From the NCBI GenBank assembly GCA_001655205.1, contig LPNZ01010005.1:1-64000 (forward strand): a stretch of 64,000 bases of DNA, in the 5' to 3' direction. Shown piece after piece: positions 9,892 through 21,600 of the stretch (position 1 is the first letter of the stretch; every line of letters begins with the position of its first letter). The notes beneath the pieces were generated by a model that was given only the letters and a program-made list of their open reading frames with translations, searched no databases and was not told the DNA's origin. A program made the translations under genes and the position numbers. Source of the stretch: Lenisia limosa (Eukaryota; Protista; Breviatea).

Positions 9892-12800
9892 CTATTGAAA
9901 TAGTTGGTTGAGTAACCTAAAGAGTGAGGAGTGAAGGGTGTGGATTACTTGAAGCTTTCTTGTATTGCGGCTGTAGCGAAAGGGGGGAGGAACCTGCCAT
10001 GGTTCAAGAAGCCATGGGGAAGGCCTTCGACTGTTCGGAATTTGACATCAACGTTAGCCTCGTGTAGCAGCCTTAAGGGTAAATTGGATATTGCCTTACG
10101 CAGCGAAGTCTATTCCTTCATCCAAGAACGGACACAGCGCAGCTCTTAGGGGTGTTATAAAGGTCGGGTCTTTTTGTCACTCACCCCATGATTCTTGTTT
10201 TTGGGAACTTTGCAAGGATATGTTGAGGAAGAGCAAGAGGAGACGCTTGGGGAACAGCCGGGTCAACATTTGGTGTCATGTAAGCCTGAAGACAAGCCCT
10301 CAGGAATGGTGATGAAACCATGTGGTCTCCTGGAGTGGGGTGAAGTGGAAATGTCCGGACCTGAGATCAGGATTCTGGATGGTGTCTGCATTGGTACCAG
10401 GATTGTGGGAGGATAGAACAATAAGAGAGAAGATGGTGGAGGAAGATTCTCTGCAATGGCCTAATGAGGTGAAGGGTTTGAAGTTGGGATAGCTTTACTT
10501 ACTGTTGCTACTGCCGAGGTGACAAGTGTTGCTCCGGCGCTGTCACCAACCATAACCTAGGAATACATGCATGAAGGTGGGGTCATTACAAATGCATGAA
10601 GGTGGGGTCATTAGATGCATGAAGGTGGGGTCATTACACATGCATGAAGGTGGGGTCATTACAAATGCATGAAGGTGGGGTCAGTACAAATTGGTGATTG
10701 AATGTTGTTCCTTAATCATAAGTGATATGATTGTGTAACTGACTTTTGATTTTAATAATTTTAAAAAGAGTTCTAATATGACCTCACAATGTTCTTGACT
10801 TTGACCGTTGTCTTTTGTTGCAATCTTTTTGATCCAGACTTTGAAATCTGGAGAGTGATAAAATGTGACAGAGTACCTGTGGTTGCGTGGTTGGATCTAA
10901 ACCAGCACTCAAGACACTCCACAAGCCTAGTCCTGATGAAGCTATTTGGTGAGACAAATAACGACCCACCTTCAGAATCGGCATCATTGTCGTCGTGAGA
11001 TTCTGGCTGTTAGTGAAACAGAAGATTCGGCTTACCCTGGGTGTGGCCTAACTCCAATGAGCCTTCCAATCCAGTAAGAATCCAGCGATATACCCTCAGA
11101 ATCTCATGAACGGCCACTGGGAATCTAAAAGTGAATTTGACCGTAATTACACCCAAGGCAGATTACACCCACTTTGCTGCAGGAGCAAGTCGGTAGTCCA
11201 CTGATATAACGATTGCATTTGGAACAGCTCTTGCTAAAGGTCTCAGATATCTATTGTTATTTTGAAGGGCAAACATTTCATTTTGGCTGACGCTCATTGC
11301 AGTGAATCCACCCCCATGCGCATGGAGGATAATGTCAACTTCTGGAACACTACAATAGTTACAATCACTGAGGTTTTAGAAAATAAGTTGTAATATGTAT
11401 ATACAATGTTGTCTTTTACGATATCCATCATATGTTGTGACAATCTGTGTCTAGGTTATATGAATAATTAATTTCACCCGCTGCTTACGGTTTGTTAATA
11501 GGTGGCGACCTGGAATGTGGCCTTGGAGTGTCCCTTTGGGATAAGTCAATCTTGAACCTACTGTTCTGTCGAAAAAGGAATAGACGGTATTAGCGAGGTG
11601 ATGGATGTCAGAAACCCAGATCTAGTTAAAAATAACAATAACTTGGCAACATGCGGTTGCAGATTCGGGTCCAGGAGGAAGTGTGGAATCTCATGAGGTT
11701 TGCAACCAGGGTCTACAAATGGAATTCTTGAGCCAAGAATTGAAAAAGTTGTTGAAACTGCATCTGAAACTTTGCTAAAGACATGCAACTCATTTGATTG
11801 CCATGGGTACCTAGACGATCAACCGAACAACTGAAGCACCGACTGGTCAGGTCCTTCAGCAAGGGGGTTGAAGGGTGGTAAAGGAGCCTCAAAACAGTCT
11901 TCTTCAGACCCAAGAAGAATAAACAGGATGCGTTCCTTTTCTCGTCTACATAGTTTCGATGTCATGAGGTTACAAAGTGATTCACGACTTTTGATCACAC
12001 TGTGCCCTCTTATGGTACTTGTGTGAGGAGGCAGCTTGAGTATTCGCTTGCAAAGCTTTGACCATATTGGATCAGACTCATAGCTACCTCCAGATTGGCA
12101 GAAACCACAGGTACATCCTCTTCGGACCTGAAGGTAACTGTTTATTGTACCTTACCAAATATGGCTTATGGGGCTCATTAGATCCGAAATGTCCCAGTAA
12201 ATTGAGGGAGATTACATCATCTTCGTAAATGTGATTGACTTGAAGTTAATAATAACATTTATAGAACAAACTTTTACAAGCAGCTGGGGTTGAAACTGTT
12301 TCATTGAAAGCAATAAGTCTTCCAGAGGACTATGATATGATGTAAAGATAGAAAGCCAACTTTTTTTGGACTGAAACTGAGGGCAGTTGAGACGACTGAC
12401 GGTGACAGAATTGAGTCTAACCCAAGGCCACAGTTTCGCCGAAGGGCAATGTGAACTAAATCATTACTCCAATAATAACAAACACTGTGAAGGGGAGCTT
12501 GGAGTGGACAAACTTTGGGTTGCTCTGAATAAATCGTAAGTGGGGTAGTCAACTAACTGTAGGAGTTTCGCTCTTGAAGCTGGCGTTTCTGGCCAAGATT
12601 TATAAGGCGATCTGTTGAGCTCTCCGCAGGCACTGAATGTCGACAACGAGGGTGCGCCAGACTAAATAGTGACTTTCTCAAGAGGTTCGCATAGAAAAGA
12701 GGAGGGATGAACTCACGGGTAAAATTTCATCGTGTAACCTACCGAGGTGGTTGGGTTGGAGAACCCAGTACGAATCACTTCAGGACAAGTCTCGCATGAC

Positions 12801-14846
12801 ATCAGTCTTACTCTGAAGATTATATTTTAAACAAAGGTTTCATAAATCAGGTTAATCATCTGATGTTGCAATGCAAAATCCAAAATTACTGCACCAATAC
12901 TTTGTTGATAGGCTTGAGAGTGGAAACGAACTTGGAGCAACCGGTGGTGGTAGTATTACTTCTTCGTTTGTATCTTACATTTTGTCAGTCAGGAAGAAGG
13001 TTACCAAGCCAAGGCATAAACAAAGGGTTGAATTCTGTTGCTCTGAGCAAAGCAGCGTCTGGAAGATTCCAAAAGTAGCTCACGTGATCCACTGTCAAAT
13101 TGTGTCTCACTGTCTGCCTTACCTGTTTGTTAACTACTGGTTATTATTCATTTACTCACAATGTCTTCAGCTTTTCTTGGGTTGGGAATGTACTTCAAGA
13201 CATCTTTTCCAATGCTCCAGACTGAATTTATAAATGTGAGGGCAGATGTAGATTGCCCCGCTTCTTGTGCTGCTGTTCGGGCTGTCACCGCAAATGTCAT
13301 TGTCATTTGATATCGAAATATTCTAAAAACGGTAGAATACTACAAAGTTATTACAAACTCTCTTACGTTATACCAGAACGGCTCAATCCAGAAAGTTGAA
13401 TAGTGGGCAGCATGATCAGATAAAACAACTGTTTGTAAAATGAAGCTAGTTAATACCTGATGAGTAATCCTTCCATTTTGAAGGTACACTAAAGAAAAGA
13501 CTTAGCGCTGATGCTAATGTTGCAATGTGTCCAACGTATTCCTACATTTGAACACCATCACCACATTATTTCATACATTCAAACATGTAATGTCAGATTG
13601 TTTCAATTTTTTTAGAATCTTTCCAGGAGCTTGAACTGTAAGTTGTCACTTTACTAACCATGGGACTTGAGATGGTAGGTAATTCTTGCAATAAATGACA
13701 CGAGTAATTGTAATAGAGAGACAACGCCACCCTAAAAAGAATGAGTTTTTATTTTGTACCACCCAGCTGTTTCCCCAACTCACAGACAACTGAGGTACAA
13801 ACATTTGGTCTGCATTTAACCCCTGTGGTAACGGATGTCGTGTCTAAAATATGACTAATTGCCATACCTCACCTTTGCTGGAGGAGTGCGAGTTTGTTCA
13901 TCACCATTCCTCCCTACTCTGTCAATTTCAACACCCAAAACCTCGATATCGCTTTGTAGGAGAGACAACACCCAAAGACTCTGCGATTTGCCAGCGAAGA
14001 TACTTGTGAACCTAAATATAACCATTATCTTTTGAACTTTCTTACAAGAGCGTCCGATTTGAGAAACAGGGGAAAGAGTTCAGGAGGAGGGCTGTTTTGT
14101 GGTTTGAGCGTTGAAATGTGGTATTGCTTGTAGTGAGTCTCGAACATCGGGCAGATAAGGGAATCTAAAGTGGGGTTTACGTTAGATAATAAGCATACCA
14201 TTCTCTATAATTCGAAGGAGCTTTGGATTAATGTAATGCTACGAAATTAGAATTACAATTACTATGTTTTCCAAAGACAAACTTGGTGAGGGTGACATGA
14301 ATGAAGCAAACTGAGAGAGTCATGAATGTGACTGATGGTGGAACCTACACAATTATAATTCAGCAAAACCCACAAATCCTCAATATCACTGCAGTCGCCT
14401 GCTTCTCATCCGTATTGTCCAATTCAATGAGACATGCTAATCGTCTAAATCTGTAAGTTGAAATGTCACCCACTTGTCAATCCTGTGAGAAAGGCACCCA
14501 ATACTATGACTGAAATCAATAGTTGCATGCTTAACTTTCGGACTCTGAGGCGGAAGAACAGGATCTAATTTTTGGTGGGGAAGAGGAAGGAGAAAAAAAC
14601 TGACAACACTCAGCATACAAGTGATAGAATAAAGAACAAAAAAATTGTCGTTGAGCTTCGAGCAGCACTGAATATATACGGACTCTCTAGCGTGATCCCC
14701 ATCACTTTACACGGCGTGGTCTTTTTCCTGCTGGGTTTCCCCCCATCGGACGGTACGACCATCATTATCACCCTGGACACCTCCCCTTCCGAGGAGATGC
14801 CACATGGTGACCAGCGCAATTGAGGGGACGCCTGATCAACGCCCAT
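9892..14846 (-). CDS. Hormone-sensitive lipase family protein (long N-terminal region + HSL_N-like + Abhydrolase_3); start approximate
   Basis: Spliced motifs: FWNLPD (HSL_N-like, ~13060), IILHAHGGGF (~11310-11340), VISVDYRLAP, FPVAVHEILRVYRW, IVMVGDSAG (~10533-10556), and CPFLDEG...TVEGLPHGFLN (~9995-10134). Confidence 0.85.
10567..10690. repeat. Intronic minisatellite, ~25-bp unit x5
   Basis: ATGCATGAAGGTGGGGTCATTACAA repeated head-to-tail five times with small variants, inside a lipase intron; no spacers. Confidence 0.95.
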
Positions 14847-15639
14847 AAGTACCCAGTAACTACTACGAAACCCTCCTAAATTACACCCCCACTTGGGTTA
14901 CAGCGAGACGTGACTCTCACCAGCTGAATTGGACGATTGACCGACTGGGCCAAAATAGCATAAAACTCTAATGATTTTTTTTCATTCCCGATCAAAGATT
15001 TTTTTTCATTTTTGCCAAAAAGCGCAAAATAATTTAGTGTTCTTTCAAAGCGCAAAATGCCCTCTAAGCCCACTTTTTAAACATATTCTATTAATTCAAT
15101 TTCTTTTAAAATGATAAAAAAAAGAATAAGCGTCTTAGCCTTGATTTACAATCGGAGAAAAGGACTTTTCTTTCAAAATAATAATATTCTGCTTACCTAG
15201 AATTCTCCAACAGAAATTAATGCAATCCAACGAGCATTTAAGTGAATCATGGAGTTGTTCCATTTTGTGAAGGCTTTCACTAGTTTCCTAATAGGACTAC
15301 TTAAGCATCTTGTTATATATCCGTTTTAAATAAAGACTACAAAGACATTTACCCAGGATTTTAAAGCAAATTTTAACTGCCAGCACTTCCAGAAAGAAAC
15401 TGAAAAAGGAACCTGTTCCGACGGAAGCCGCGGGTTCACAAAAAAAGAAAAAAAATGGAGATTCTGCGCTGTTCTTTTTTAGCCAACGTGTGCTAGAATT
15501 ACTATTGATAGTTATAATCTCAATACCTTCATAATAGTTGTCGTCCTGGATTAACTATTCTCCTCTAAGGTCTCTGACCTAAAAGCTTGAAGTAGCTCGT
15601 CACTTTTGGAACTCAAACTCTTCATTTTAGCGACAAACA

Positions 15640-18600
15640 ATGGTTAGCATCGTCTGTGTTTTTTTGTGAAATAAATTGTTGGGTATTTGATTCTGATTCT
15701 GCTGGTGATTTCTTATTTAATAGATTTTTTGTTTAATCGCAGGCGATTTAGCAGTTTGTTGATTCCCTGAATTTCCCTTTTCTTCAATGTGTCCCGTACT
15801 TCCTTATTCCTCATTATGAAGGGATGTATCTTTTTGCTTAATTGATTATAGGCTCCACGCTGGGTTTGGGTTGAAGGAGAAGGGGAGATTTCTCTTGGTG
15901 GAGAGGTTACCAATGTTTCTTCCACTGGAAATGTGTCCGTCAAGTGCCTTGATGGAGAGGTAAGATTTTGTCGGATAAATATGCTGTTGTTCATTCCTGA
16001 CTTCCCAGACTATCACTACAACCGATGATAAGTGCAGTGATATGCATCAATCATCTGTTGAAGGAGTATCAGACATGATCACCCTCAATGATCTTCATGA
16101 ATCGTCTCTTCTGCACAACATGGGCCTTCGCCATAAGAATGGAGAAATTTATGTTTGTTATCTTGAATATGAGTGGATAGAACTGACTCTTGCAGACTTA
16201 CACTGGTACCATTCTTGTTGCCGTCAACCCTTACCAAGTTCTCCCTATATATACCAACGAATATGTGGACATGTACAAGGGCAAGAAACTTGGAGAGCTT
16301 CCTCCTCATGTGTTTGCCATTGCCGAAACGGCATACAGAAGCATGCTTGACGAGAGAGCCAACCAGAGTATCCTTGTTTCGTAAGGGGGCATTGCTGCAT
16401 TCCTGGTCGCCATGTGCAATGCTTGACTAAAGCGGGGCTTATGTACTGTTCTTTTGTTTTCCTCTCTTGCAATTCTGTGTTATTTTATCTTTGGTATTAC
16501 TGGAGTTTCATATCTGTTGTTGCGATCAATTAAGTTTGACAATTCAATCTGGTGTCGGCTTTTTTCTCTCCATAGGCCCGCTTTTTCCTGACCTTCAGGG
16601 GAGAATCAGGAGCTGGTAAAACCGAATCTACTAAGCTGATTCTCCAATACCTTGCGGCAGTGTCTTCGAAGAAGTCCTGGATCAACCAACAGATTCTGGA
16701 GGCCTCACCAGTGCTTGAAGCCTTCGGTAACGCCAAGACTGTCAGGAACGACAACTCCTCTCGTTTTGTAAGTGGATCACTGGTTTTTTCTTTCTTGGCT
16801 GGAGTGTGGAATGACCTTTGCAGGGTAAGTTTATCAACATTGCCTTTGACAACGACGGCCAAATCTCAACAGCCTCTATTGACCAGTATCTTCTTGAAAA
16901 AGTAGGATTGTGGTTCACTGACTGTCTTATTACATAGTCTCGTGTGGTGTTCCAGGCTGAAGGCGAACGTAACTACCATATCTTCTACCAACTCCTTGCT
17001 GGTTCCACTGAGGAAGAACTTGGTAGGTCACTCAGCCCAAAGCTTGTTTTAACGTATCAGCCGAACTCAACCTCTATGGTCCTGAGAACTATCACTATCT
17101 TCGCCAGGTTGGATGGGGATTCAGGGTGTAGGTTCGGCGTTCAGGTCTGTGACAATTTAGGGAGAATGCATGTCCGTTGATGGAATCGATGACAAGAAGG
17201 AATTTGAGGATGTCAAGGTGCGTTTTCAACAGATATTTCCTTTATTCTTGCTTGGCTGACCGTCTAGCTTGCCTTTAACATTCTCGGATTCACTGCAGAA
17301 GAGCAGAATACTATCCTTCGTATTGTTGGTATGCTGGGATGAAGGAGTGGAGGAGACCTTGTTATATTGGCTTTTCTTATTTACGCTCTCAGCATTCATT
17401 ATCCATCTTGGTAACGTGGAGTTTACTGACGAAGACACTGCTAAGGTTAAGAACCCTGAAGGTTTGTTTTTGCTTTTTTGTCACCATGCAGTTGTTTTCC
17501 CTCACAGCAAAAATCCACCTTATCTGGTTGACAATTCAGTTCTCGAGGCGGCAGCCCCCCTTCTCGGTCTCAATGTCGAGGAGCTTCGTCTGTCCCTCCA
17601 GGAGCGTGAAAATCTCATTCGTGGAGACATCTTTAAGGTACTCTCTTCTACATGTGTTAATTTGTAAAATATGCAGTATGTGGTCTCACATTCCAGGTTC
17701 CATACAACAAGTTCCAAGCCGACGGAGCTCGTGACGCCATTGCAAAGGCCATTTTCGGTCGCATGTTTGCCTGGATTGTGGTCCGCATTAACGAGTCCAT
17801 CAAGGCTACTGCCGCCAAGTCCGCCAGCTCTCACACAAAGAAACTCAACGTTGGTCCTGTCATCCGTCTGGATCATGATCATTCCCGCCCGGCATACTGT
17901 TCATATGATAGGGATATTTGTTCTCGATTTGTCGTTGGCTAACATCTCCAGACCATTGGTGTTCTGGATATCTTTGGCTTTGAGAACTTCGACGTCAACT
18001 CCTTCGAGCAGCTTTGCATCAACTACGCTAATGAGAAGCTCCAGCAGCATTTCAACCAGCACATCTTCAAACTTGAGCAGGCTGGTTTGTGGGTTGAATT
18101 GGGAGTTGTTACCTTTCAAAATAGCTAAACCTCACGATTTAGAATATGAGCGCGAGGGTATCAACTGGAAGGGTATCGAGTTTACAGACAACCAGAAAAC
18201 TCTCGACTTGATTGAGAAGAAGCCTATCGGAATTTTCGCCCTTCTAGGTAAGCTGCATTATTGCTGAGTTGCACTTTGAATGATGTATCTAATAAGAATA
18301 AAAAAGAATTTTAAAAAATCAAAAATACTAACTTCAACATCATCTTACTACTTTTTTTCGGAGAAGGTAAAAAGGAAAAAAAAGGGGTCATCCGGGGATC
18401 GATCCCGGGACCTCTCGCACCCTAAGCGAGAATCNNNNNNNNNNGGAGCGCCCAATTTTTGGTACCTATAATGGTTTTTTGTTCCGAAAAAGCCCCGCCG
18501 CGCGATTTCGCCTTTCAAAAAGCGATTTCGCCTCCCACACCTCCTTTGGACATTTCCAACTTCATCCACACATCTCCTGTAGGGACACGACCTCCGCAAC

Positions 18601-21600
18601 CAACTCCAAAGACACAGTCGTCACTTTCGTCTCCTTGTCACCTTCGTCACCCCCATCACCTCCAATTCCTAGACCTCTCTCGCGCCGCCTCCGTCCCTGG
18701 GTACCTCGATTTCGACTTTGCCATCGCCAGGGGGGGGTACATTATGGGTAACCTCACCACTCACCTATCATGTCCGTCGTTCCGGGAGTATCTGGCGTAC
18801 CTCACCTCCAAGCATCTCACCAACCTCACCTTTGTCTTCCAACCTCTACCCTAACCACCCTACCAACTTCATCTTTTCCTCCACCTACCACCTATTCGAT
18901 TTACAACAATTGAGTACCATCCCTACTTCACTACCTTGTGGGTAGGTGAAACCCGTAAAACGGTTTGCACTTTTTAGTGCCCAGATCGACGCATCAAGGC
19001 CCTGTCTTTGTTCTTGCCCCTGCTGCCCGCCAAGATCTTCGTTTTTTGCCAGACTTCTCATCATGCCACCGCCTCAAAAGCCTATTATACAAACTTTACC
19101 CCTTATTTCACTCATACCTCCACCTATTCGATTTACAACAATTGAATACCATCCCAATTACATTATTATGTGATAGGTGAAACCCGTAAAACGGTTTGCA
19201 CTTCAAGTGCCCAGATTACTCGCCGCGCCACCACAGAAGAGATCACCATCTCGCCGCCTCGCTGTAGTCTGTTTACCCGCTGCCCAATTACCCACCGCCC
19301 CGCTCCAGAAGAGATCACCCTCCCTCCAGTCCGTCGCCGCCGTTCTCCTATGCATCTTTTTTTATCTTTTTTTTACTGAATGTTTTTTCGATAAATACAT
19401 TTTTTGTCCTTTTAAAAAAAAAAGATTTCAAAAAAACGCGCATTTTTTTCGGTCTTAATGGCCGGTTTATGAGGCCTCACACGTTTTTCAAGCAAAACTA
19501 TGCATTTTTTGCAAAATGGGTTATTTTACGTGATATAGGTTCGAAAAACGGGTTAAAACGGACCAAATATGTCTGTTATGTGCTTCTTCGCTGTTCATTT
19601 GCTGACAAGACTAAACTGACACAATTAGACGAGGAATGCCGCATGCCAAAATGCACAGACGACACCTTCACCGCCAAGCTCCACGAGCGTCTCGGTTGGC
19701 TTGCCGGCTATGACCAAGTCTTTGTTGAGGTCCTTGACACTGCAGGAAAGGAACCCGACTTCATCAAGCCTCGTCTGCAGTTCCAGACCCGCTTCGGTAT
19801 CAAGCACTACGCCGGTGATGTGTTCTACTTCAACGCCGCCTTCCTCGAGAAGAACGCTGATATTGTCCAGAGTGCGTTGGAAGCCGTCTTGGCAATCAAA
19901 ATTGTGCTTTAGAATGTTCCCTATCAAGCTTCGCAATGGTTTAACATCGCCAGGTAACGCGGAACGCACCCTTCATGGTGCCACTAATGCCGAGTTGAGC
20001 ATGCTGTTCAAGCCACCCGAAGTCCCTAAGGACAATGGAAAGCCCGTGGGTTTTTGTTGATTGAAGGGGAGTATTATTGCATATTAACAAGATTTAATAT
20101 TTATTTACCGATTAGGGACCAAGAGGAGGCAAGAAGGCTGCCGCCAAGACCGTCGGAGCACTTTTCAAGCAGCAGCTCACCGACCTTATGACTGTCCTCA
20201 ACACGACTCAGCCCTACTTCGTCCGCTGCGTCAAGCCCAACACCCACAAGAGCCGCACAGAATACGACATCTCGTAGGATTATAGCATTGCGTTCTGACC
20301 CTCCAGACTAGTTCTCCGCCAGCTGCGCTACAGTGGTATGCTTGAGACGATCCGCATCCGGCGCCTCGGCTACCCCGTTCGTCGAGAATTCAACGACTTT
20401 GCCTTCAGGTGGGGGCTTTTGTCTTGATGTCATGAGAGTAAATAGCTTGAATAAGGAAGTCGCTGTTCCCTCACATTGCAGATACCGTTCCCTCATTACC
20501 GCTGAGGAGGCTGTTGAAATGGACAAAAAGGAGCCAAAGGGTAGGAGGCTTTGTTCCTAGGCAGCTGACCTTGCAGCCAAGATCGACATGCTGGTTGAGA
20601 AGTTGGAGCTACCGACCAACGACACAGCCATTGGTGCCTCCAAGTTCTTCATGCGTGACGCTGTTGTGTTTGGACTCGAGACCAGGAGGAAGGTTGCCCT
20701 CAAGGACGTCTCTGCCAAGGTACGGTCTAGGGATGGTACCTGGTTTGACTGTTCAGCTTGCCAACCGCATCTACACCTACATGGTCCGTAAGCGGTTCCT
20801 TCACACCATTTCCATGGTGGCCAAGATCCAGAGCGTTGTCCGTATGTACCACGCGCGCAAGGCGTACCTGAAGCATCGCTCCGCCGCCATTGACATTCAG
20901 AAGTGTAGGCCGAGTCTTGGCTGGGAGATGGACGGGTTGAAGTTCTTTGTAAGGCCTGAAGGTTTCAAGGTTGGCTTTTATTGCTATAGCTGTTCGTATG
21001 TACATTGCGCGTAGCCGCTACCTGCACACCCTGGCCATGACCGTCAAGATCCAGGCACGCATCAAGGTGGGCACATGGTCGTCCTGCTATTCTTGATAGA
21101 GCCCTTTGAGACAATACTGACATATTAGTGCTGGTTCTACCGTCAACGCTACATGCGCCAACGCAAGGCTGCCATCCGCATCCAGACCCAGTGGCGTCGA
21201 AGGTCGGTGATCTCCTGATCTGCAATTGCCTCGGCTTCATTGACCATGTAGTGTCGAGCGCAAGAAGTACCTGAAGATCCGCTCGAGTGTTATCAAGATC
21301 CAGTCAGTGGTCCGCATGGCTCTTGCCAAGCTTCATTTCAAGGCTGACTGCAAGAAGGTAGGCCAGACTGGAACACACCATGCTCATTCGGAACTGATCT
21401 CATGGTCTAGGTTGTTCTTCTTGAGTCACTTGTTCGTATGTTCCCCGCGCGCAAGGCCTACTTGCGCCAGCGCAACGCCACTATTGTCATCCAAAAGGTG
21501 GGCTTGCTATAATAGAAGCGTTTTCTTGTGTCTTCTAACAGACATTTCACGCGTTATACCTCCTCCTGCTGGCCTTACCGAAGCAGTACGTACGCCGCCA

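Noticed and set aside
10567-10690. 25-bp repeats as a CRISPR array
   Set aside because: The units are contiguous with no unique spacers, lie in a spliceosomal intron, and there are no cas genes.
18940-18972. Hammerhead or other self-cleaving ribozyme in the repeated GTGAAAC hairpin
   Set aside because: GAAA is present but the CTGANGA core is missing at a compatible position, and no HDV-like nested pseudoknot could be built by eye.
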